From NCBI RefSeq assembly GCF_003334815.1, contig NZ_QOWO01000006.1: DNA of 64,000 nt, one strand, 5' to 3'. Below, piece by piece: positions 1-10,635 of this stretch. The notes beneath the pieces are model-generated. The model did not search any database. It worked only from the letters and a program-made list of their open reading frames with translations, and was not told the origin of the DNA. The DNA comes from Escherichia coli (GTDB lineage Bacteria; Pseudomonadota; Gammaproteobacteria; Enterobacterales; Enterobacteriaceae). The position numbers were made by a program, and so were the translations under genes. Within the stretch, counting starts at the first letter, position 1. Each line of letters begins with the position of its first letter.

Positions 1-236
1 CCGACAGCACCCGTTCGCAGGGCAACATGGCCGTAACTTATAAGCCGCTGTCTGACAGCGACTGGCAGGAACTGGGCGCGAGCGATCCAGGCCTGGCATC
101 CGGTGACTATAAACTGCAGGTTGGCGATTTAGATAACCGCAGCAGCCTACAGTTCATCGATCCGAAAGGTCATACTCTGACTCAGAGTCAGAACGACGCG
201 CTGGTAGCTGTCTTCCAGGCTGCGTTTAGCAAGTAA
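1..236 (+). CDS. bamC: Outer-membrane lipoprotein BamC (NlpB), C-terminal part; 5' end lies outside the window
   Basis: Open frame runs from the window edge to a TAA at 234-236; ORF track 27..236 is the in-frame tail; position immediately upstream of purC matches the dapA-bamC-purC arrangement. Confidence 0.75.
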
Positions 237-243
237 AAATACA

Positions 244-270
244 GGGCTGGAATCATCCGGCCCTTTTTTC
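244..270 (+). terminator. Rho-independent terminator downstream of bamC
   Basis: Stem GGGCTGG / CCGGCCC (one G-U wobble), loop AATCATC, followed by TTTTTT at 265-270. Confidence 0.6.
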
Positions 271-279
271 TGATATGAT

Positions 280-295
280 ACGCAAACGTGTGCGT
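280..295. promoter_or_regulatory. PurR operator-like palindrome in the purC upstream/leader region
   Basis: ACGCAAACGTGTGCGT is a near-perfect 16-bp palindrome resembling the PurR box; purC is a PurR regulon member. Confidence 0.55.
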
Positions 296-340
296 CTGCA
301 GGAAAACGCGATTTTAGCGGTAATTCGCACGAAATTTGTT

Positions 341-395
<55 letters not shown>

Positions 396-448
396 CACCA
401 GACAGCAAAAGATTTTAAAACGTTAATTCACACCCAGGAGTGATAAAG

Positions 449-1162
449 ATGCAAAAGCAAGCTGAGTTGTATCGTGGTAAAGCGAAAACCGTATACAGCA
501 CGGAAAACCCGGACCTGTTGGTGCTCGAATTCCGCAATGATACGTCAGCAGGGGATGGCGCGCGCATTGAGCAGTTTGATCGCAAAGGTATGGTGAACAA
601 CAAGTTCAACTACTTCATTATGAGCAAACTGGCTGAAGCGGGTATCCCGACTCAAATGGAGCGTCTGCTCTCCGATACCGAATGTCTGGTGAAAAAGCTG
701 GATATGGTGCCGGTTGAGTGTGTCGTGCGTAACCGTGCTGCTGGCTCTCTGGTGAAACGTCTTGGAATCGAAGAAGGTATTGAGCTGAACCCGCCGCTGT
801 TCGATCTGTTCCTGAAAAACGACGCCATGCACGATCCGATGGTCAACGAATCTTACTGCGAAACCTTTGGCTGGGTGAGCAAAGAGAACCTGGCGCGTAT
901 GAAAGAGCTGACCTACAAAGCGAACGACGTGCTGAAAAAACTGTTCGATGATGCTGGTCTGATTCTGGTCGACTTCAAGCTGGAATTTGGTCTGTACAAA
1001 GGCGAAGTGGTACTGGGTGATGAGTTCTCCCCGGACGGTAGCCGCCTGTGGGACAAAGAAACGCTGGAGAAAATGGACAAAGACCGTTTCCGCCAGAGCC
1101 TCGGTGGCCTGATCGAAGCCTATGAAGCCGTCGCCCGCCGCCTGGGTGTACAGCTGGACTGA
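449..1162 (+). CDS. purC: Phosphoribosylaminoimidazole-succinocarboxamide synthase (SAICAR synthetase)
   Basis: ORF track 440..1162; start trimmed to ATG 449 ([16 protein letters not shown]...) behind AGGAG; 237 aa as expected for PurC. Confidence 0.95.
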
Positions 1163-1178
1163 TTTTTCTGTTCATCAT

Positions 1179-1203
1179 CTTGCCGTGCAGCTGGCACGGC
1201 AAG
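1179..1203 (+). other. Stem-loop downstream of purC (10-bp perfect stem, 5-nt loop)
   Basis: CTTGCCGTGC-AGCTG-GCACGGCAAG; no U-tract follows, so a weak terminator or RNA stability element. Confidence 0.4.
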
Positions 1204-1329
1204 ACAACCGCTCTCGGAATATATGCATTGAACGCTCATTCCTCCGCCATTTCATCCCGCTTTCCTGTGGTAATCTTCCTCTGAACCACCTACGATCATT
1301 TCTATAATGAATATATTGTTGAGGTATCT

Positions 1330-2193
1330 ATGCGTTGGCAAGGGCGACGTGAAAGTGACAATGTTGAAGACAGGCGCAACAGCTCTGGTGGTCCATCTAT
1401 GGGCGGTCCCGGTTTTCGCCTGCCAAGCGGTAAAGGCGGGCTGATTTTACTGATAGTCGTGCTGGTTGCAGGCTACTATGGTGTTGATTTAACCGGGTTG
1501 ATGACCGGGCAGCCGGTTTCCCAACAACAATCAACGCGGTCAATTAGCCCAAATGAAGACGAAGCCGCAAAATTCACCTCGGTGATTCTGGCAACCACGG
1601 AAGACACCTGGGGACAACAGTTCGAGAAGATGGGTAAGACCTATCAGCAACCGAAGCTGGTCATGTACCGTGGAATGACGCGTACCGGCTGCGGGGCGGG
1701 CCAGTCCATAATGGGGCCGTTCTATTGCCCGGCGGATGGCACGGTTTATATCGATCTCTCCTTCTATGATGACATGAAAGACAAACTTGGCGCGGATGGC
1801 GATTTTGCCCAGGGGTACGTTATCGCCCATGAAGTCGGTCATCATGTGCAGAAACTGTTAGGCATCGAGCCGAAAGTTCGTCAACTGCAACAAAACGCGA
1901 CGCAGGCGGAAGTAAACCGCTTATCTGTGCGTATGGAACTCCAGGCCGACTGTTTTGCCGGTGTCTGGGGGCATAGTATGCAGCAGCAAGGCGTTCTGGA
2001 AACCGGCGATCTGGAAGAGGCGCTGAACGCGGCGCAGGCCATCGGCGATGACCGTTTACAACAGCAAAGTCAGGGGCGAGTAGTACCAGACAGTTTCACT
2101 CATGGCACTTCTCAGCAACGCTACAGCTGGTTTAAACGTGGTTTCGACAGCGGCGATCCGGCACAATGCAATACTTTTGGTAAAAGCATTTAA
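1330..2193 (+). CDS. ypfJ: Putative neutral zinc metallopeptidase YpfJ (N-terminal membrane anchor, HExxH motif)
   Basis: 287-aa ORF; hydrophobic segment [17 protein letters not shown]; HEVGHH zinc-binding motif. Confidence 0.9.
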
Positions 2194-2207
2194 CTTCCGG
2201 GGCAGGG

Positions 2208-4223
2208 ATGGCTGAACTGACTGCGCTTCACACATTAACAGCGCAAATGAAACGTGAAGGGATCCGCCGCTTGCTGGTGTTGAGCGGGGAAGAGGGTTGG
2301 TGTTTTGAGCATACTCTTAAGTTGCGTGATGCCTTACCTGGCGACTGGCTGTGGATTTCGCCGCGGCCAGATGCTGAAAACCACTGTTCTCCCTCGGCAC
2401 TACAAACTTTACTTGGGCGCGAGTTCCGGCATGCGGTATTCGACGCCCGCCACGGCTTTGATGCCGCTGCCTTTGCCGCACTTAGCGGAACGTTGAAAGC
2501 GGGAAGCTGGCTGGTTTTGTTACTCCCTGTATGGGAAGAGTGGGAAAACCAACCTGATGCCGACTCGCTGCGCTGGAGTGATTGCCCTGACCCTATTGCG
2601 ACGCCGCATTTTGTCCAGCATCTCAAACGCGTACTTACGGCGGATAACGAGGCTATCCTCTGGCGGCAAAACCAGCCATTCTCGTTGGCGCATTTTACTC
2701 CCCGTACTGACTGGTACCCCGCGACTGGCGCACCACAACCAGAACAACAGCAACTCTTAAAGCAGCTAATGACCATGCCGCCGGGCGTGGCAGCGGTAAC
2801 GGCTGCGCGTGGGCGCGGTAAGTCGGCGTTGGCAGGGCAACTCATTTCTCGTATTGCGGGCAGAGCGATTGTCACCGCGCCCGCAAAAGCGTCAACGGAT
2901 GTACTGGCACAATTTGCGGGCGAGAAGTTTCGCTTTATTGCGCCGGATGCCTTGTTAGCCAGCGATGAGCAAGCCGACTGGCTGGTGGTCGATGAAGCCG
3001 CAGCCATACCTGCGCCATTGTTGCATCAACTGGTATCGCGTTTTCCTCGAACGTTGTTAACCACTACGGTGCAGGGCTACGAAGGCACCGGACGTGGTTT
3101 TTTGCTGAAATTTTGCGCTCGCTTTCCGCATTTACACCGTTTTGAACTGCAACAGCCGATCCGCTGGGCGCAGGGATGCCCGCTGGAAAAAATGGTCAGC
3201 GAGGCACTGGTTTTTGACGATGAAAACTTCACCCATACACCACAAGGCAATATTGTCATTTCCGCATTTGAACAGACGTTATGGCAAAGCGATCCAGAAA
3301 CGCCGTTAAAGGTTTATCAGCTCTTGTCTGGTGCGCACTATCGGACTTCGCCGCTGGATTTACGCCGGATGATGGATGCACCAGGGCAACATTTTTTACA
3401 GGCGGCTGGCGAAAACGAGATTGCCGGGGCGCTGTGGCTGGTGGATGAGGGTGGATTATCTCAACAACTCAGTCAGGCGGTATGGGCAGGTTTTCGTCGC
3501 CCGCGGGGTAATCTGGTGGCCCAGTCGCTGGCGGCGCACGGCAACAATCCACTGGCGGCGACATTGCGTGGACGGCGGGTCAGCCGGATAGCAGTTCATC
3601 CGGCTCGTCAGCGGGAAGGCACAGGGCGGCAACTTATTGCTGGTGCTTTGCAATATACGCAAGACCTCGACTATCTTTCGGTGAGTTTTGGTTACACCGG
3701 GGAGTTATGGCGTTTCTGGCAACGCTGCGGTTTTGTGCTGGTGCGGATGGGTAATCATCGGGAAGCCAGCAGCGGTTGCTATACGGCGATGGCGCTGTTA
3801 CCGATGAGTGATGCGGGTAAACAGCTGGCTGAACGTGAGCATTACCGTTTACGTCGCGATGCGCAAGCTCTCGCGCAGTGGAATGGCGAAACGCTTCCTG
3901 TTGATCCACTAAACGATGCCGTCCTTTCTGACGACGACTGGCTTGAACTGGCCGGTTTTGCTTTCGCTCATCGTCCGCTATTAACGTCGTTAGGTTGCTT
4001 ATTGCGTCTGTTACAAACCAGTGAACTGGCATTACCGGCGCTGCGTGGGCGTTTACAGAAAAACGCCAGTGATGCGCAGTTATGTACCACACTTAAACTT
4101 TCAGGCCGCAAGATGTTACTGGTCCGTCAGCGGGAAGAGGCCGCGCAGGCGCTGTTCGCACTTAATGATGTTCGCACTGAGCGTCTGCGCGATCGCATAA
4201 CGCAATGGCAATTATTTCACTGA
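2208..4223 (+). CDS. tmcA: tRNA(Met) cytidine acetyltransferase (ac4C34 formation), helicase-like plus GNAT domains
   Basis: 671-aa ORF; Walker A-like GRGKSA; length and position match TmcA (YpfI). Confidence 0.9.
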   Translation: MAELTALHTLTAQMKREGIRRLLVLSGEEGWCFEHTLKLRDALPGDWLWISPRPDAENHCSPSALQTLLGREFRHAVFDARHGFDAAAFAALSGTLKAGSWLVLLLPVWEEWENQPDADSLRWSDCPDPIATPHFVQHLKRVLTADNEAILWRQNQPFSLAHFTPRTDWYPATGAPQPEQQQLLKQLMTMPPGVAAVTAARGRGKSALAGQLISRIAGRAIVTAPAKASTDVLAQFAGEKFRFIAPDALLASDEQADWLVVDEAAAIPAPLLHQLVSRFPRTLLTTTVQGYEGTGRGFLLKFCARFPHLHRFELQQPIRWAQGCPLEKMVSEALVFDDENFTHTPQGNIVISAFEQTLWQSDPETPLKVYQLLSGAHYRTSPLDLRRMMDAPGQHFLQAAGENEIAGALWLVDEGGLSQQLSQAVWAGFRRPRGNLVAQSLAAHGNNPLAATLRGRRVSRIAVHPARQREGTGRQLIAGALQYTQDLDYLSVSFGYTGELWRFWQRCGFVLVRMGNHREASSGCYTAMALLPMSDAGKQLAEREHYRLRRDAQALAQWNGETLPVDPLNDAVLSDDDWLELAGFAFAHRPLLTSLGCLLRLLQTSELALPALRGRLQKNASDAQLCTTLKLSGRKMLLVRQREEAAQALFALNDVRTERLRDRITQWQLFH

Positions 4224-4296
4224 CTCCTTCAATTTTATCTCATGGTCATTGTGAGTCAGCGGCGTAAAATTAATGACATCAGTTAAGGAGTTCGCC

Positions 4297-4995
4297 ATGA
4301 AACATGACCATTTTGTTGTTCAAAGCCCGGATAAACCTGCGCAACAGTTGTTACTGCTTTTCCACGGTGTCGGGGATAACCCGGTGGCAATGGGGGAAAT
4401 AGGCAACTGGTTTGCACCGCTGTTTCCTGATGCGCTGGTGGTGAGTGTCGGTGGCGCGGAGCCGAGCGGTAATCCGGCGGGGCGTCAGTGGTTTTCGGTG
4501 CAGGGTATTACGGAAGATAATCGCCAGGCGCGTGTGGATGCGATCATGCCGACGTTTATTGAAACGGTGCGCTACTGGCAGAAACAGAGCGGAGTAGGGG
4601 CTAACGCCACGGCGCTCATCGGTTTCTCTCAAGGCGCGATTATGGTGCTGGAGAGCATTAAAGCCGAACCGGGCCTTGCTTCACGCGTCATTGCTTTTAA
4701 CGGACGCTATGCGAGCCTGCCGGAAACTGCGTCTACAGCCACGACAATTCACCTGATTCATGGCGGTGAAGATCCGGTTATCGATCTGGCGCATGCGGTT
4801 GCGGCGCAGGAAGCGTTAATCAGTGCCGGTGGTGACGTGACGCTGGATATCGTGGAGGATTTAGGCCATGCGATCGACAATCGCAGTATGCAATTTGCCC
4901 TGGATCACTTGCGTTATACCATTCCGAAACATTATTTCGACGAAGCGCTAAGTGGCGGTAAGCCTGGCGATGATGATGTGATTGAAATGATGTAA
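4297..4995 (+). CDS. ypfH: Esterase YpfH (alpha/beta hydrolase, GFSQG nucleophile elbow)
   Basis: ORF track 4273..4995; start trimmed to ATG 4297 (MKHDHFVVQ...) behind AGGAG; 232 aa; GxSxG motif IGFSQGAIM. Confidence 0.85.
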   Translation: MKHDHFVVQSPDKPAQQLLLLFHGVGDNPVAMGEIGNWFAPLFPDALVVSVGGAEPSGNPAGRQWFSVQGITEDNRQARVDAIMPTFIETVRYWQKQSGVGANATALIGFSQGAIMVLESIKAEPGLASRVIAFNGRYASLPETASTATTIHLIHGGEDPVIDLAHAVAAQEALISAGGDVTLDIVEDLGHAIDNRSMQFALDHLRYTIPKHYFDEALSGGKPGDDDVIEMM

Positions 4996-5008
4996 AAGAC
5001 AGATTACC

Positions 5009-5090
5009 TGGCCTGATAAGACGCGTGAGCGTCGCATCAGGCATCGTTCACCATTGCCGGATGCGGCGTTAACGCCTTATCCGGCCTACG
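5009..5090. repeat. BIME: two REP elements in inverted orientation between the convergent genes ypfH and ypfN
   Basis: GCCTGATAAGACGCGTGAGCGTCGCATCAGGC and GCCGGATGCGGCGTTAACGCCTTATCCGGCCTAC. Confidence 0.85.
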
Positions 5091-5104
5091 GTTGAGCACT
5101 CAGC

Positions 5105-5305
5105 TTACTTCTTCGGTTGATCCTTTTTCGGCCAGTCGTCGTCATCGTCCCACTTATCGTTGAAATCACGATGCGGGGGAAGCTCCGGCTTGTTGGCGAG
5201 AAATTTCTTATGGTCGACGCGCTTGAGATCTTTAATCACGTTCAGCAGGACGCCTACCAAAAAGACAATCACCAGAATCCACCAATATTTAGCCAGCCAG
5301 TCCAT
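5105..5305 (-). CDS. ypfN: Small membrane protein YpfN (UPF0370)
   Basis: ORF track 5105..5329; start trimmed to [21 protein letters not shown]... (66 aa); single TM helix, acidic C-tail. Confidence 0.8.
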
Positions 5306-5332
5306 GCTTATTTCCTCTTGCAGAACCACTCA

Positions 5333-6460
5333 TCAGGCGACGAGCTGTTCCATGATACGTTGATACATACGGGCAAGTAGCTGCAGGTCGGCAGCGTTCA
5401 CACATTCATTAATTTTATGAATAGTGGCATTGACCGGCCCGAGTTCCACCACCTGCGCCCCCATGCGGGCAATAAAGCGCCCGTCGGACGTTCCGCCTGT
5501 GGTCAGTAGCTGCGGTTTAATTTCATTATAGTGCTCAACCGCGTTAACGACCGCATCCACCAGTTTACCGCGCGCGGTCAAAAATGGCTGCCCGGAAAGC
5601 CACCAATCCACCGTATAGCGCAGTTGATGTTTTTCAAGCAGGGCAAGCACCTGCGCTTTGATCATCTCATCAGTCAGTTCGGTGCTGAAGCGGAAGTTAA
5701 ACTGCACAAACAGTTCACCCGGAATAACGTTGTTACTGCCCGTTCCCGCCTGAATATTGGCAATCTGCATACTGGTCGCCGGGAAGAATTCATTGCCCTG
5801 ATCCCACTCAATAGCCACTAATTCATTAAGGAAAGGTGCTGCGCGATGTACCGGATTGTCAGCCAGATGTGGGTAGGCAACATGCCCCTGAACGCCATGA
5901 ATGGTAAGGTTGCAGGTTAATGATCCGCGACGACCATTTTTCACCACATCACCTACCACTTCGATACTCGACGGTTCGCCAACCAGGCAGTAATCGAGAC
6001 GCTCATTACGTGCCATTAACGCTTCGACGACTTTTACCGTACCGTTGTGGGCACTGGCTTCTTCATCAGAGGTGATCAGAAATGCCAGTCGCCCCGTATG
6101 GTTGGGATGTTGTGCGACAAAACGTTCTGCCGCCACCACCATCGCCGCCAGCGAGCCTTTCATATCTGCCGCACCGCGCCCGAATAACATGCCGTCACGA
6201 ATGGTGGGTTCAAACGGGGGATTGATCCAACGATCGGCGTCGCCAGGCGGCACCACGTCGGTATGCCCGGCAAAGGCTAACGTTTCACCCTGCCCACGCC
6301 ATGCCCAAAAATTCTGCGTATCGGCAAAGTCCATGCGTTCAACGGTAAAACCGATCGCCTGCAAACGTTCAATCAACAAAGCCTGGCATCCTGCATCATC
6401 AGGACTCAGGGAAGGGCGGCGAATAAGCTGTTGTGTCAGCTCAATAACCGGGCACGACAT
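5333..6460 (-). CDS. dapE: Succinyl-diaminopimelate desuccinylase
   Basis: 375-aa ORF, M20 peptidase family; sits between ypfN and yffB. Confidence 0.95.
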
Positions 6461-6463
6461 AGA

Positions 6464-6838
<375 letters not shown>

Positions 6839-7200
6839 TTATGAGAATAAATACTCATTTAAGGGTGAAAACATTTTGCCTGCAAATGATTATCAGGAAA
6901 TATAACATTATCGAAGTATTCAAATTAACAACTATTAAATAATATTAAACATTTTTAACGTAAACATTAAGAATATTCATCTTGTTATCTGTCTGTATTT
7001 TAACCAGAATTAAATCAGTATTAGATGCCGTATGAATATCTCGAAATGTTGCTGTGTATCACATACAAATCATCACCGCAGGACCATAGTATTTACATAA
7101 GATTTGTCCCCCGGAGGTAGTCATCGCAGCAATCGAGTAAATTAGCTTCACCACGGTATATTGTTTCCGTAGAATACCCATAATTATAAGAGAGGTTGTT

Positions 7201-7260
7201 ATGATTGAACGTGAACTGGGGAACTGGAAAGACTTTATCGAAGTTATGCTTCGTAAGTAA
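7201..7260 (+). CDS. ypfM: Small protein YpfM (19 aa)
   Basis: ATG at 7201 preceded by GAGAGG; encodes MIERELGNWKDFIEVMLRK, matching the small protein I recall as YpfM; too short for the ORF track. Confidence 0.6.
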   Translation: MIERELGNWKDFIEVMLRK

Positions 7261-7320
7261 TTCCTGAGACAAAGTACAAACAGCAAGAACCCGCTGAGCA
7301 GGTTCTTAATCGGAAAGTTG

Positions 7321-7353
7321 AAAAAGGCGACACATTGGCATGTCGCCTTTTTT
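7321..7353. terminator. Bidirectional rho-independent terminator between ypfM (+) and acrD (-)
   Basis: AAAAA-GGCGACA-loop-TGTCGCC-TTTTTT; A-tract on one side and T-tract on the other. Confidence 0.75.
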
Positions 7354-7358
7354 ATTGC

Positions 7359-10300
7359 TTATTCCGGGCGCGGCTTCAGCGGGAAGCGGCGGCGCACCAG
7401 CACAAAGAACAGCGGCACGAAGTAAATAGCCAGAATAGTGGCCGAAATCATCCCGCCCATTACGCCAGTACCCACCGCATGCTGACCACCGGAACCGGCA
7501 CCCGTGCTGGTTGCCATTGGCAATACGCCGAAGATAAATGCCAGCGAGGTCATCAGAATCGGGCGTAAACGCTGACGGCAGGCGTGGAGCGTCGCTTCAA
7601 ACAGGTCGTGGCCTTTTTGGTTCATCTCGTTAGCAAACTCGACGATCAGGATGGCGTTTTTCGCCGATAAACCAATGACCGTTAACAGGCCCACCTGGAA
7701 GTAAACGTCGTTTTCCAGCCCGCGCATCCAGGTTGCCAGCAGCGCGCCGATTACCCCCAGCGGCACGACCAGCATTACCGAGAACGGCACCGACCAGCTT
7801 TCATACAACGCAGCCAGACACAGGAATACCACCAGCAAGGAAATGGCGTACAGCGCCGGAGCCTGCGCGCCGGAAAGCCGCTCCTGATACGACATCGCCG
7901 TCCACTCCAGACCAAAGCCGTTTGGCAGCTGCTTCACTAACGATTCCATAATATCCATCGCCGTACCGGTACTGACCCCCGGTGCGGCTTCCCCAACAAT
8001 CTCAACCGCAGAATAACCGTTATAGCGTTCCAGACGCGGCGAGCCTGTTTCCCAGCGTGAGGTCGCGAAAGCAGAGAAGGGCACCATGCCGCCATCTTTA
8101 TTTCGGACATACCAGAGATTGATGTCATCTGGCAGCATGCGATACGGCGCAGCTGCCTGCACATAGACTTTCTTCACGCGACCGCGATCCATAAAGTCAT
8201 TCACATAGCTCGAACCCCAGGCGGTTTGCAGTGTGTCGTTAATATCGTCGATAGCAACGCCCAGCGCCTGAGCTTTACGCTGGTCGATATCAATCTGCAA
8301 CTGCGGACTGTCGTCGAGGCCGTTATGGCGCACACGGGTTAGCTCCGGGTTTTCCGCCGCCAGCGCCAGCAACTGATTACGTGCTGCCATCAGCGCATCG
8401 TGACCCGCTCCAGCGTGGTCCTGCAACTCCATATCAAAACCTGCAGAACTACCAAGACCGCTAATTGCTGGCGGGCTGCTGGCGATAACGCGAGCTTCTT
8501 TAATTTGGTTAAACGCCTTCGTTGCACGCTCGATAATGGCAAACGAGGTGCCGGTCTTACTGTCGCGTTCGCTCCAGTCTTTCAGGCGGATAAACATTCG
8601 CGCCACGTTTTGCCCGTTACCCCCAGGGCCAGAACCAACGGTGGCAAACACCGACATGATGTTGTCTTTTTCATGGGTGAAGTAGTATTTCTCGATTTGC
8701 TCAACGACTTTCAGGGTCTGTTGTTGCGTTGAACCGCTGGGCAACTGTACCGAGGTAGTAAACATGCCACGGTCTTCCAGCGGTAAGAACGACGTCGGCA
8801 AACGCAGGAACAGGAACACCATGCCGCCAAGCAGCAGGACATAAATCACAATCCAGCGCAGGCTACGGTGGAGAATTTTCGCCACCCCTTTTTCGTAGCG
8901 TTCGGCGTTGCGGTTAAACATCTGGTTAAACCAGGCAAAAAAGCCTTTTTGCCCATGATGCTCACCTTTTTTCAGTGGCTTAAGTAGTGTGGCACACAGA
9001 GCCGGAGTGAGGATCATCGCTACCAGTACTGACAGCACCATCGCCGCAACAATGGTAATAGAGAACTGGCGATAGATGGCACCGGTGGTGCCGCCGAAGA
9101 AGGCCATTGGTACAAATACCGCCGAAAGAACCATCGCAATCCCGACCAGTGCCCCCTGGATCTGCCCCATCGATTTACGTGTGGCTTCGCGAGGAGTGAG
9201 TCCTTCCTCACTCATAATACGTTCGACGTTTTCCACCACCACGATGGCGTCATCCACCAGCAGACCGATCGCCAGCACCATCGCGAACATGGTTAAGGTG
9301 TTGACGCTGTAACCGAAGGCGTAAAGTACGGAGAAGGTTCCCATCAACACCACCGGCACGGCGATAGTGGGTATCAGCGTGGCGCGGAAGTTTTGCAGGA
9401 ACAGATACATAACGAGGAAAACCAGAGCGATAGCTTCCAGCAGCGTTTTCACCACGTCTTCAATGGAGGCTTTAACAAACGAGGTGGTTTCATACGCCAC
9501 CTTGTATTCCAGTCCATGCGGGAAATACTGCGCCAGCTCGTCGAGACGATTGAGCACCAGCTCCGCTGTCGCCATTTCGTTAGCGCCGGAGGCCAGTTTT
9601 ACCCCCAGCCCGGAGGCTGGCTTACCATTGAAGCGGCTAAGATAATCGTATTTCTCCGCCCCCATTTCGACGGTGGCGACATCGCCCAGCCTTACCTCTG
9701 AGCCGTCCTGATTGACCCGCAAGGTGATATCGCGGAACTGTTCTGGTGTTTGCAGCAGTGACTGGGCGTTAATGGTGGCGTTGAGCGCCTGCTTATCGAC
9801 GGAAGGTGTACCACCAAGTTGCCCAACCGCAATCTGCGCGTTCTGTGACTCAATGGCATCAGTGACATCTTTAGCCGTCATCTGGAAACTGTTGAGTTTC
9901 GCCGGGTCCAGCCAGATACGCATGGAATATTGCGAACCATAGGCATCGATATCCCCGACGCCATTCACGCGGCTTAACGGGTCCTGAATATTACTGGCAA
10001 CATAATCAGCAATATCCTGTTTATCCATCGAACCATCGGTAGAGACGAAGGCAATGGTCAGAATGTTGGTATCGCCGGTTTTACGCACCGTCACGCCCTG
10101 ATTTTGCACCGCCTGCGGTAACTTTCGCATGGCTGATTGCAGCTGGTTTTGTACTTGCTGCACGGCTTCGTCCGGATCGGTGCCTGCTTTAAAACTTAAA
10201 GTGACAGATGCCTGACCGGTGCCACTGCTCTGAGATGACATATACATGAGATTATCGAGGCCGGTCATATTTTGCTCGATAACCTGGGTCACGGTGTTTT

Positions 10301-10472
10301 CCAGCGTCTGGGCCGATGCGCCGGGATAGTTAGCGGTCACTCGCACATTCGGTGGCGCGAGATCGGGGTATTGTTCAACGGGCAATGAAAAAATCGCCAG
10401 GGTACCTGTCAGACACAACAGGATTGCCAGCACCCAGGCAAAAATGGGGCGATCAATAAAGAAATTCGCCAT
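7359..10472 (-). CDS. acrD: RND-family aminoglycoside/multidrug efflux pump
   Basis: 1037-aa ORF with 12-TM RND architecture ([19 protein letters not shown]...). Confidence 0.95.
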   Translation of the reverse strand: MANFFIDRPIFAWVLAILLCLTGTLAIFSLPVEQYPDLAPPNVRVTANYPGASAQTLENTVTQVIEQNMTGLDNLMYMSSQSSGTGQASVTLSFKAGTDPDEAVQQVQNQLQSAMRKLPQAVQNQGVTVRKTGDTNILTIAFVSTDGSMDKQDIADYVASNIQDPLSRVNGVGDIDAYGSQYSMRIWLDPAKLNSFQMTAKDVTDAIESQNAQIAVGQLGGTPSVDKQALNATINAQSLLQTPEQFRDITLRVNQDGSEVRLGDVATVEMGAEKYDYLSRFNGKPASGLGVKLASGANEMATAELVLNRLDELAQYFPHGLEYKVAYETTSFVKASIEDVVKTLLEAIALVFLVMYLFLQNFRATLIPTIAVPVVLMGTFSVLYAFGYSVNTLTMFAMVLAIGLLVDDAIVVVENVERIMSEEGLTPREATRKSMGQIQGALVGIAMVLSAVFVPMAFFGGTTGAIYRQFSITIVAAMVLSVLVAMILTPALCATLLKPLKKGEHHGQKGFFAWFNQMFNRNAERYEKGVAKILHRSLRWIVIYVLLLGGMVFLFLRLPTSFLPLEDRGMFTTSVQLPSGSTQQQTLKVVEQIEKYYFTHEKDNIMSVFATVGSGPGGNGQNVARMFIRLKDWSERDSKTGTSFAIIERATKAFNQIKEARVIASSPPAISGLGSSAGFDMELQDHAGAGHDALMAARNQLLALAAENPELTRVRHNGLDDSPQLQIDIDQRKAQALGVAIDDINDTLQTAWGSSYVNDFMDRGRVKKVYVQAAAPYRMLPDDINLWYVRNKDGGMVPFSAFATSRWETGSPRLERYNGYSAVEIVGEAAPGVSTGTAMDIMESLVKQLPNGFGLEWTAMSYQERLSGAQAPALYAISLLVVFLCLAALYESWSVPFSVMLVVPLGVIGALLATWMRGLENDVYFQVGLLTVIGLSAKNAILIVEFANEMNQKGHDLFEATLHACRQRLRPILMTSLAFIFGVLPMATSTGAGSGGQHAVGTGVMGGMISATILAIYFVPLFFVLVRRRFPLKPRPE

Positions 10473-10542
10473 TAAAAGAGGACCTCGTGTTTCTGCGTAT
10501 CGTTGTAGGCTTGACTTGCTTCACTGTAGCGGCAAGGTACGA

Positions 10543-10560
10543 GCCAATCGTGGAGAAAAA
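10543..10560 (-). promoter_or_regulatory. BaeR box-like site upstream of acrD
   Basis: Minus-strand sequence TTTTTCTCCACGATTGGC, about 70 bp upstream of the acrD start, resembles the BaeR consensus as I recall it (TTTTTCTCCATDATTGGC). Confidence 0.55.
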
Positions 10561-10635
10561 AAGGAGTTAATGTAAATTATCATGCCCTTTTATACTGAAC
10601 CTTAAGTGCAAGTATTCTTTGGTCAGTAGGAGGCA

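Noticed and set aside
7059-7286. 75-aa ORF on the minus strand in the yffB-acrD spacer
   Set aside because: Low-complexity hydrophobic translation of AT-rich DNA with no ribosome-binding site; it overlaps the better-supported ypfM on the opposite strand.
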